Positions 22,845 through 33,599 of a stretch of DNA of 38,832 nt are shown piece after piece; within the stretch, counting starts at the first letter, position 1, and each line of letters opens with the position of its first letter. A program made the translations under genes and the position numbers. Source of the stretch: Hyphochytrium catenoides (lineage: Eukaryota; Protista; Hyphochytriomycota); contig FLMG01000804.1 of NCBI GenBank assembly GCA_900088475.1, positions 1-38,832 on the forward strand. Reading direction: 5' to 3'. Under the pieces are notes generated by a model, which worked only from the letters and a program-made list of their open reading frames with translations, searched no databases and had not been told where the DNA came from.

Positions 22845-25800
22845 ATGGGCACACGAGAAGCGGAATGGAGTGGACGGACTCCTGCGGTTGTACCGCTACC
22901 TCCAATTGACACTTCTTCTGCTCGAGTTGGTAGGGAAGGACACACTTCCATCTCCAGTAGCCGGAGCATTTCCTCTGATCCGTCACCTCGTCTACGGTAT
23001 AACCTGGATGTTGGACCACAACTCATCTACCCGGCCACAAACGATGTGACTGGTTCACAGGCCACAGAGACCAACAAGTTAGGACTCCCTCCTATCTCTC
23101 AGGATCCCTGCTATCGGTCAGTTCCTGAAAAGGCAGAGAGCGCGAGAAGTGACATTGCTAGCGATAGGAGCGGCTGGCTTCCTTCTTCGCCCACCGAGCG
23201 CCTCAAGTCACAGCCTTCCTCTCCCTCTTCTGCGCTATTTTGCAGAAAACCTAACCCGATCGCTTCATTATCTAGCAACAATGGACAACAGGTGGACAAC
23301 GCCTGCGATCGGAAACCAGAGATCACACTTTCTCCCGCTGCACCGAAATCCCCATACTCTAAGAAATGGCTTTCAAAATATACAAACGGTGCTGGAGGTC
23401 TTCTGGCTTCCGCCCAAGGAAAAGGACGACTAGTGACAGACATTGCGGCAGAGATACTAGACAGAGAAAGTGACCCCGCGAGCAACCTGGCTTTCGCAAG
23501 GGACTTCCAACTTTTGCTACAGAAGCCTGACTCGATAGACAGGGATGGATTGGTCATGCCTAGTGATGCAACTATTGACTCCTGGATATCTATTCGAGAA
23601 GCACTAAAGCTCCAGCTTGGGATAGTCTGTAAGGAGTTAGTTGACAGACTAAACGTCGCTCAGCCCGACTTGCGCGGCCATCGGCAGCTCATCGGCTGCC
23701 TTCGCGAGTTCCACTCATTAGTGGAGAGGTTGAGAATCGCTTCGATAGAGGTGGTGCTGGCCATCCGACAGTGGGAGGAGGAAACTTCACGCTTCGGAGT
23801 TGAAGAAACTGCTCATTTTACTCCACGGGAGAGGGACGAGCCTGATGATGACGATGGACAAGAGATAGCCGACGAAAAAGGGCGTAAAGAGGAAGACGCC
23901 CCTGAAGCTACTCTGGAACGGGAAATTACAAAGGCCGAGACAAAGGCAGGCGCCTCAACGGATGAGCTGTCTAAAGAGTTTGCCATGGGGCTTAGGGAAG
24001 GCATGCAAAACTCTGTATCCTTGCTGTCTTATCTGTGGCAGGGAAAGCCATACGCAGCGAGTATGACCTCGGACCTAGACTTTTTAGAGCATCAGCTACG
24101 AGGACTTAGGGCCCTGATGGACGCGTACAATTCTAATCACAAGCTCAACCCGCCAATAGAGCTACCTTTTCACTGGAAATCTCTCTTGCGGAATCCCTTT
24201 CTAATTCCCTTGACCTTGGATGACATTGCGGCCTTTGAGATCCTTCCCCTTGGCGAAAGAGAACTTGATGTCCTTCACATTAATATATCATGGTCTCAAC
24301 TGGTTGAACTCATGCGCTACCTGATTGAGCAGCGGCGGAAGTATGAGCAGGAGGTCACTGCAAGCTTGACGCAGAAGCAGCGAGAAATTGGTGATGTCAG
24401 TCGGGTCCAGGACAGTCTCCTTACCTCCATGGGCAGAACTTTACAGCTTCCAGTTGGTGCTTCAGAGCTCCGCGCGCTGTCCCTTGTTCATTTTCCTTGT
24501 CGCGGCGCGGTTCTGGTGACTGCTGCAGTGAAACTCATCCTACGCGCCGATCGACCTGAAAACGAAACTGATGTAGACGTTGACCTTGGCATGGATATCA
24601 CTCAGCTGAACTGGAAGTTGTTGAGAAAGTGTTTCAAACATCCGGAAAGCCTTATGGAGAGGGCAGCGCGCTTCGTCTCTTCTGGATGCAGCCTTTCAAC
24701 TGCGAAACTAATGAAGCTCGCGGTGTTGATTGCTCATCCACAATTCACCCCCAACAGTGTGAGGGCTGACTCTCCCACTTTTGCTGATCTCTGCCTGTGG
24801 GTGCTAAGGATTCTTGACCACGCTTGTGGCAGTGTGGGTGGTTATCCTGGGATTGGCCTGCTAATAGAAAAGGAGCTGCGGCTTCTCAAGGAGACAGAGA
24901 GCAGAGAAAGGATAGCAGGAAGCAAAGGGCGACCACTCCACACTCAAACTGAGAGCAGCAAAATGTCACAGATAAGACATGAAGCAGACTTCGTCGAAGC
25001 TATCCGCGAAAAGTACACGAAAATGAAAAAGTTGGCTGACCTCTCTCTCTCTTCCTTAACCAAGACAACACCAAAGTTGACCAAGGACTTCAGAATACTC
25101 CAAATGGCCGAGATGAGGCATCGGAAGAAGAGGCTACTTCTCTTGCAAACAGCTTGCCGACTCCATATAGAGGACAGGCAAGAGCGGGTGGGCCACAGAG
25201 CATTTGTTTCGTCACTCTCCCTTCGGTATCGTCACTGCTACGTCCCAGCCCCAGGATTGCTTCTTCGCCTGTTTGATACTCGAGCGCGACGTGAAGAGTC
25301 TTTATTTCTCCCTTCCGTAATGTGCAACAGAGTTATCGGCGTCAGCCTCGTCCAGCTGCTCCGCGCCTCCCCTGATGAGTACCCTTCGTTCCTTACAAAG
25401 ATCTTGAAAAGCCTGACAGTCACGCGTGGGACCTCTAGGTCGCCAGCTGGAATTTCCTTGGCCCTTATGGCAGATAGCACAGTCTACAAGGACAATGTTC
25501 GAGCACACCGGTCCGCCTCTTCCCCCGCTCATCGTGAGGTCTTCACACCCTTTCTGTTGGGACGGGAGATAAGCAGTGAGAACAAGGTCTTAAGCGTTGC
25601 TTTTGAGGCCAAAGCAGACTGTAACGGAGGCTTCTCCTTATCGTTAGTTGTGTCTGAACCTACAGGAGATGGCGGAATCCTCAGAGAGAACAGTGATAGA
25701 AACCGCTTGCTCTTGACAAGTGAGACCTTACACCTTCTCGTCCTGGACTGCCCTTCTCTGCTACAGCCACCTACAGAGGATGAGAACGATGATCTAAAAA

Positions 25801-28800
25801 TTGCGGCTGAGATCTCCCAGTGGCTCTCTGGACGTCTCTATAATATCCCCAGCCCAGCTGGAGGCCCATCCAGGTTCATTGGTGTCCAGAATGTTGTTAA
25901 CTTGCCCGGTAGGGAAAAGTGGGTTCAAAAAGTAAGGACACACTTAAAGGAGGAAGATGTCTCACTCCTCACGGTTGTTCACGAAGAAAGGCTCCATTTT
26001 ATCCTTCGCTTCCAGGGCCTCTCGAATATGACATCGGATGGGAGCTGGCCGTCGCTGTCCTTCAGAGAAGTTGGAGCGTTAAGTGCAACCCGGGTACCCA
26101 AAAACGAAGAGGAAGAAGTTGTAGAAAAGTATCCTTTTGCGGCAATCAAAAAACTAGTAGACTATGAGAGCCCCGTCCTAATGGACAAAGTCACATCTCA
26201 TCGCTACCTCTTCGAAAGGCTGAGGACGGTGAAAGGACAAAGCCCAAACAACGGAGACGCATCGTCGGAGTCCGTCGCTTTAGATATAGATCGCCGCCTG
26301 TACAACTCCTACCGTCAAATGCGTGGTCAACCATGGATCTTGAGAGTGGAGCTGCTGCGAGACCTTGCCGATGTCGAAAATTTGTCCTTCCCAACCCTTA
26401 GGGTCTCAGCTCGCCTGAAGCCACCCAGATCAGCAGAGCTGGAGAATGGGGAAGAAACCCCACAGACGCCTGAGCCCCCATTGCTAGTTAAAATTATTTC
26501 GGCAGACGACTGCCGCACGCTGCTTTCACAGGTAGAACAAGTTTCCAATTCTTGCGGTACCCACTACCATCTTTTGATCTCAAGATCAAAGCATACCTTC
26601 TAATTGTCTCTCTTCCTTGCATTGGATGTTAAAACTCTACGTCTCTTCACACTTTCCGTTGGACATTCTTGGGATAAGCTCTCTTTCAATCCAGTATCGT
26701 TGGCTAGACTTGCTTTCCTATTTCCTGGCAGGACGGAGTGACACAAGAAGCAGCGGACAACATTCTGTACTCCTTCAACCTCCGGCCACTAGCGGCTTAT
26801 ATATCGAGGAAGATGAAGGTAGTCCTCGATGACAATATGCGGAGACCGGAAGAAAAGAGGGATAATGAGATGGAACCTCGAAGAGGAAGTGGCGTCCAGC
26901 AGTGGCCCAGTTATCGCCTTGAAACGCATCTGTACCGAGAGAGATTTACTTTGCACCTCTTCTTCAACCAAGTACAGGAGGGAGCTGCTATTGGCAGTGT
27001 CGCAATCACTGACACGACGACTCTAAAGCAACTTAGAGACATCATAGCCCGGGAGATTGACTCTGTAAGAAGACTCAAACTCGAATTCTAGTTTGCGTCA
27101 GTTACTTTTCCTTGGTATCCTCGATAACGTCCCCAACGGCTTGCCTTGAAGGTGTTAGTTGATGTTCTCATATAATCGCTCTTCTTTCTCCTTTCCACTA
27201 ATTTGAAGGACATGTTGCCAGAAGAGTTCAAGTTCGCTCATCAAGGAGTCGTTTGCAGCAGAAAGCAGGAGCCTACGAAATTAGCTAGAGCCTTTCTGCC
27301 ATCTCTTTGCCTATTCAATCCCAAGCTCCAGGCAGCCGGAGGAGACTTGTTCCTTGGAGGTTTCCAAACAGTGTTGCACGCGAAAGAAGAGGAAATTCCG
27401 GAAGTAAGTCGAGGGATACAATCGGGTTTAAGTAACAGAGTGAAAGGGCTAAGGCTTTCCCTCATTGCAGATAACAATCATAAGCATCTATGAAACCTAT
27501 CGAGGCGGCTGGAAGGAGGGTGATAAGTTGAAAGCAATGGTTAACGTACAAGACAGCGTGGGCCAGCTTAAGAAGCTCTTGGAAGAGCAGGTAGGCTGAT
27601 AATGGCTATATGAGCTCTCACTATCGAGAAATGAGCTTGCTACTTTGAGTGCTGCCCTTAGTGCTCCTTCATCTTTCCTCGCCAGATGAGCAGTAGCCAG
27701 CGCTTGGTGCCTTCTCTAAGCCATGATTCTTTTAGCTGTCAATGCCAGTCTCCTCTCAACGTCTAGTACATCGAGGTGTGGAGCTTCAAGACGAACGTCC
27801 TCTACAGCATTACGGACTTAAGATGGGCTCCGTCGTGCGAATGAGGCCACCGCTTCCTCCTCAAAAGAAAGTCCGAGTGTTACTGGATGGAAGACTCCAA
27901 CCTTGTGCAACAACAGCTTCGTCGTTTATACCTTCCCACAATCTCACGGTAATACTCGGGCCTATTCTCCGAACCCCCTCCCTTCTCTCGCTCCGTATCT
28001 CCGTCCCCATCTTTTCTGGACCCTTTCTGAAAGTATGCAGCTTCAGCTAAATGAACCCCCTGCTGCTATGCCTCTTCATGGGGGCTAGGTTGCTAGACCA
28101 CCAGTCTATCCGCAGATACTCAGTGTGGGAGATGAAGTGGTGCTTGAGGGCTCGGAACGTGTCGTTCGTAAGGTTCTTGCAATCACAGAGGCATCTGTTC
28201 TTCTCAGCCCCCACCCTGCCAAGGACGGAAAGAACGATAGTAGTCCACAAGAAAGCAGAGGAGGTCAGCCTGACAGTGGGGCGGCAGATGGAGAGGAGCT
28301 GAAAGAGCGAAAGCTTTTCAAGCTAATATGGGAAGCTGAAGACAAGCGTCCAAAGTGGATCAGGGATTTTTGCGATGGTCGAGTACCATTCCATTTTGAA
28401 TATAGAGGCAGTAAAGAGTGTCTCCAGTTCTTTGGTATCAGTACCAGAAAAGAGGAGCTGGAGCAAGCAGTTCATCAAGGTGACGGCCTTCTGCATATGA
28501 GAAGGGAGGTAAGCTGTCACTGTTATCTCCTCCTACCTTTATTCCAATTACCCCTACACTATTCCAGCCGAACTGACGTGGTCTCCCTTCATCTCAATTG
28601 CCAGACGGATAATGGTTTCACTTCTTTGTCATGCATTGTTCTTGTCCACTTACCTGCTTATGGTCCCAAGTTTCGGTGACATTTACTTGCTTCTGTACAC
28701 CTATTGGCAAACCCAGGATTTTGTTAGCAAAGTGGACTTAAAGTGTATCTTGGACGTGGTCTTTACCACTGTAGTGCGTTGGCCGCCCCCTTCTGACGCG

Positions 28801-31800
28801 ATAGAAGGAGGAAAGTTTGCCAAGGTAGAGGTCTATCCCTTGCATGCGGCTTTCTTTTGCGAATTTCGAGCTGACGCCCTTGGCCCTGATCCTCTCGGAC
28901 TCTCTGATATACTCAGCTCGCTAGAGAGTATAACCTCTTGGGTTGTGGGGCCGACCTAGGAACCGGCTATCGTGGGTTGACGAAGAGTGACATGGATCTA
29001 ATCTTCAATAAGGTTAGACCCCCAGGAGAAAGGCGGCTTGACAGGTAAGATAGTACCTTGCCTTGCGGGAAAAGCTACGCTAGATCACACCTCGCATTCT
29101 TAATAGTGGAATTCTCTGAAGCACTGAGAGAGACTTCCTTTGGACGGATCTTTGTACTATGTTTCTCAGAGCTTACCTCAAATTTAGAGTTAACTCCCTG
29201 TAGATTGCTTCTATCATTGACGTACGGATACCCATTAGGGAGGCCTTTGCAAGATCCTTGCCATTTGTGGCGAAGCTTGTGTACCCAAGTATGGGACAAG
29301 AGCTAGCTGTACAGACTCTTGTCTTCGAAAAATTCGCTGCACACAGCAAGACGCTTGCCTGGGTTTGGAACCTGGCCAAAGATTTAGCCATGACAGCTGA
29401 AGGTCATTGAAAAAGATAAAGCTGTCTTAGCTGCATCCCTAGTTCTTTTGATTCTCACCTCCAAAGACTCCTCGGTATCGACTGTCACCCCACGCTTCCT
29501 TCTTTCGGACCCGTTATGACTCTTGGTTGTATATTAGGCCGTAGAAGATCTGCGGCTATCCGGCTGCAGGCCTTTATGCGCATGCACTTTGCTAGTACAA
29601 ATGGCATTATGAACTCCCAGGGCCAGCGTCTGGGGGTAAGCTAGTACTCTATTTATGTTTCTGCGGCACTCTCGCAGGCTCACGGTATCGCTTACTATAA
29701 ATTTAGGGTCTCAAAAGGCAGAGAGATGCGGTGACGCTTGTCCAAGCGATAATGAGAGGCAGGCTAGGACGCTTACGAAAGAAAAGGAAAGAGCAAGAAG
29801 AGGGGAAAAGAGAGCGGGAGGAGCTGTTACGCAGCCAGGCGACGCTAATACAAGCCATGGCCCGATGCTATATCTACAAGAGTCGGTTTAGACGTTACCT
29901 CACGGTATGATCCCTCCGTACTGCCTTCACACCGTCCTCGGTGCAACAATGGCCTCATTAGGGTCAATTACCTCTTTTGCAGCTTCGAAAGGGTCCAGAA
30001 GAAAAGGAAAGGGATATAGCGCGGACGCGTAGAATCCAGGAGATTGCCGTTAGGAAGCGAAATATCGTTCTTTACTCGTGTCGTAGACTGAACAACGACA
30101 TGGTGATGATCACCGTTCGAAAGATGTAGGTCAATAGGTGGGAGATAGACAAACTATCTTCCTTCTGATATGTCTTCGTCTACCAACAACTGACCTTTCT
30201 GTCGCATTGACTTCTGTAGCCCAGGTCTCCTCTTGCAAGTCTATGTGCCCAAGAACTCCGAGACCTTTGATATATCTGTCTCAGAGAACCAGGCCATCTC
30301 CATCTTTCTGGGCTCTCTCCCTACGAAGATGTCAATGAAAGAGTTTGAAGAACGAAGGGATGAACTCATGTACTGCCCAGCCATGGTGGCAGCGTGCTTG
30401 GCCAGGCTGATAATCAAGTACAATGGAAATCGCACCCTCATTTTATTTAGTCGCAAGCGGCAAGTGGAGACTGGACGCTTCGTGCTGCGGAAAGTGGTTA
30501 CTGTGGAGAACGCGCAACTAATCGTTTCAGTATACAGAGAGTCTATGACCTTAGTTTTTGCCGCTCATGATCCCAGGTGATTATCCACCCCCACGGGATG
30601 CGCCTACAACTATGATTTGACTTTCAATTTCTCATCAGGTCCTGCGAAATACTACGCACATCGGTGCTGATCCTGTCCATCGCAGATTGGTACCAACGTT
30701 ATCACCAGGGGCTTACGACCAAACTCCTAAGGCTCCATAACGGAGCCGCAATAACCACATCGACTGTAACTGAAGCTTTCGAGGGTGTAATCACTCCTCC
30801 CAAGACCGCCGTGCAGAAGGCAGTGATATTTTGGCTCTTGAGAAACCTAAAGATACAAGATTCCAGACCTTCAACATCGAAGACGAAAGGTGATACGCGC
30901 AAAGGTGCTGTCGCAGGAGGCGCTGTGGACAAAAAAGCTATCACGTTCACCTTTGAGATACTCCACCAATCGCTGAAGGTCAAGACGATACTAATCCAAA
31001 GTGTTTGGAGGAGCTATACGACGAGACTTGCCGTGCGGAAGCAGTACTTACCTTTACTCCAGAAGGTACTTCTTCTACTTTCTTCCGTGAAGGCTTATTA
31101 TCTTTCTCAGCGGTATCCCTAAAGCTTGACGACATGCAGCGTCCCATCTAACACCGCCTTACGTCTGCATACCTTCTATCATTGTAGGTCTATGACAGCC
31201 AGTCCAAGATGTTCTACTATACAAATATTATGACTGGTTACACTACTTGGTCCAAGCCGAAACTCCTGGGCTCTGAGGACGTACCAGCTCCGCCCGACAG
31301 GTGGGAATGATAACAGCCTATTTTTCTTTTCCTTGAGAGGCTTTGTCACTCGCACTGTATAACATACTTCCTCTTTCCTCTGAGAATTTGAGTGGGTGTG
31401 GGCTTTGCGGTGCGACAATGGCGAGATTGTTTGCCTTAACGAAGCTTCTTCGGTATGTCTGCTATGGACTCTGACTGCCAATCCCTGTTATGTCTGTTCC
31501 AGATGGGAGATGCGCCAAGATGATCAAGGACGAGTTTACTATTTCCATCCGCTTACCGGTCGTTTCAGTTGGATTAGCGAAGAGGAAGCCGCCAGCCGGA
31601 TACAGGTCGACTTTGTCGTTGCTGAGACACTTCATCTGTTTCAGTCCACCACATCCATGCAATTTGTTTTGGCATAAGCAATTATGCCCTGAGAGCCAGT
31701 TAGTCAGTCATTTGACTGTCCTTTCTGTTGTACGGTCCGAATGTGGGTCAACCAGACCACACTCACTAATCTTGACTGTGCAGACCAGGTTTCGCTCCTA

Positions 31801-33099
31801 TTTATCTAAACCTCCGATGCGCATGACTCTATCCGAGCTCGCAAACGCACTCATGATATTCAGAGACGTCGAGGGAAATTATTTAGAAGACCCATCGCGA
31901 ATTCCTTCCGTCGTGAACTACGGTCTATATTTATTAACCTGGGAGGTAGGAGGATGAACCTAGTCTTTACTCCGCTCTCTGCTAGTCCTGGGCGTTTTGG
32001 GATTCCTAGCTTCTGGCCATCGCTTAATTTTGTTCTTTATATCTTTCAATTTGTAACTAACGGATGCGTGGGCTTCATCTCGCTGTTTGGACCATTATAG
32101 AAGCGTTATGATGCCGCCGAGGACCTTCTCAAACAGGCCATGACTTTGTCTCCCCATAATCCGGTGGTATTATACGCCTATTCCGTGCTCTTGCTAGCGA
32201 GTGGTTTGGACAACCGCGAATCTGTTTGGGGCCGCGTGAGAATCATGACAGAAGAAGCCCAAAAGAGCGACGGGAAGAAAGAAAGTTTCCAGGTATGGAA
32301 GGTTTCCTGGCATTAACCTGCAGTCGCCAGCATAGACCCGCTACCCTATCAGTGGTCCACGCTACTCTGATCTATTCCTCTTTCGCATAGCACTTGAGCC
32401 TTTATAACTGAGCATGCTCTGCCTACGTGCACAGATGGCGGAGAAGCTGTTTTTCCGGACATCCGTCATCCTCAATCCAGGCAACGCTACAAGCCTTCTC
32501 CTATACGCTCTAGTACAGCAAGTGGTATATCGAGACTACGATAGTTGTGACAGGTACTACCGCAGAGCCCTCGCATGTGATCCAGCCAATGAAGCTATAT
32601 CACTGGTAGGTTAGAACCATCCTCTTGCTAGCACTTGTTGCCTAAGGGCGCATTTGTTGCCAATCTTACGCCCACTACGTGCCTGCACCGAGACCACAAT
32701 AGATTCATATCATGCTCTGCGATTCCTTCAACTCTTCCACAGAACCTGTCAGACTTCCTAGTCAATCGTCTTCCAGGTGGCTTGTATGAGGGCGGAGGTC
32801 CGCCTGCAGATACTCGGCGCAGAGGACAGCCCATTGAGGGCACAGAAAATGCCGAATGGGTCCAAATGCAGGATCCCACGGCGATGGAAGAACGGTTGAG
32901 TCGCTTTTGGTATAATTGGGCGACACAGGAGTGCCAATGGCATGAACCTGATTGGGAGGCCGAATGGGTTAAGAGGAAACAAAGAGGAAAGGTGAAGAAG
33001 TATTTCGGCCCTTGGGCGGAGATGGAAGACCCTGTGGCGCAGCAAATATTTTACTTCAACAGGCAGACAAAACGGTGCCAATGGGAATACCCTGCTTGA
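22845..33099 (+). CDS. Giant multidomain protein (~2,600 aa, ~20 exons): dynein-stalk MTBD-like, ubiquitin-like, p25-alpha/TPPP, IQ, WW and TPR-like modules
   Basis: A 3.7-kb first exon (22845-26531) can be joined by a phase-consistent chain of GT-AG introns to the stop at 33099. Later exons start at about 26732, 27209, 27471, 27736, 28116, 28717, 28917, 29239, 29538 and 29707, continuing to the last at 32742. Examples of motifs: Ubl (VNVQDSVGQLKKLLEEQ|LSMPVSSQRLVHRGVELQDERPLQHYGL), IQ (AAIRLQAFMR, TLVQAIMRGRLGR, TLIQAMARC, LIQSVWRSY, RIQTRFRSY) and WW (WEMRQDDQGRVYYFHPLTGRFSW, WAEMEDPVAQQIFYFNRQTKRCQWEYP). Confidence 0.85.
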
Positions 33100-33599
33100 C
33101 GTACTAAAGATACACACACCAACAGAGAAGGATCACACGAGAGTGAAGACAAAGGTGCAAACCCAAGAGCTTGACCAACTAAATTATTCAGTTAAACAAC
33201 TACCAACGTTACTACCGTGCCAGGAATATTTTCCTGCTCGTCGTCATGAAAAGTTTTTCGTCCACTTACCATTACAAATGAATTCCTCAACGTTGAATGC
33301 TTGCTGTAAACTGAGGAGCCGACGGGATATATGCTAGGTAGAGGCTCCAATGCAAATACTCGTAGACCGACAACCTGCAAAGGCTAAGGACTAGATTTGT
33401 GGTTTGCTTTTGGCATGCTGCTTATGGTCATGAAGCTGTGACAAGCAACCGCTTGTCCACGGTATTTCTGTCCTGTCGTTCGATAATAGCACAAGCTCAT
33501 TGGCAAGAAGCTCATGATTAGTAGGAGGCAAGGCTACTGCAACGTACCTTTTTGGGACTACCAGAGCACACATTGCTCTTGGGTAGGCAACCAGCGAAA

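Noticed and set aside
33538-33591. Peptide CNVPFWDYQSTHCSWVGN resembling the DHHC palmitoyltransferase motif (DHHCPWVGN)
   Set aside because: DHHC itself and the other cysteines are missing, and upstream stops interrupt the frame. A chance match cannot be excluded without TBLASTN.
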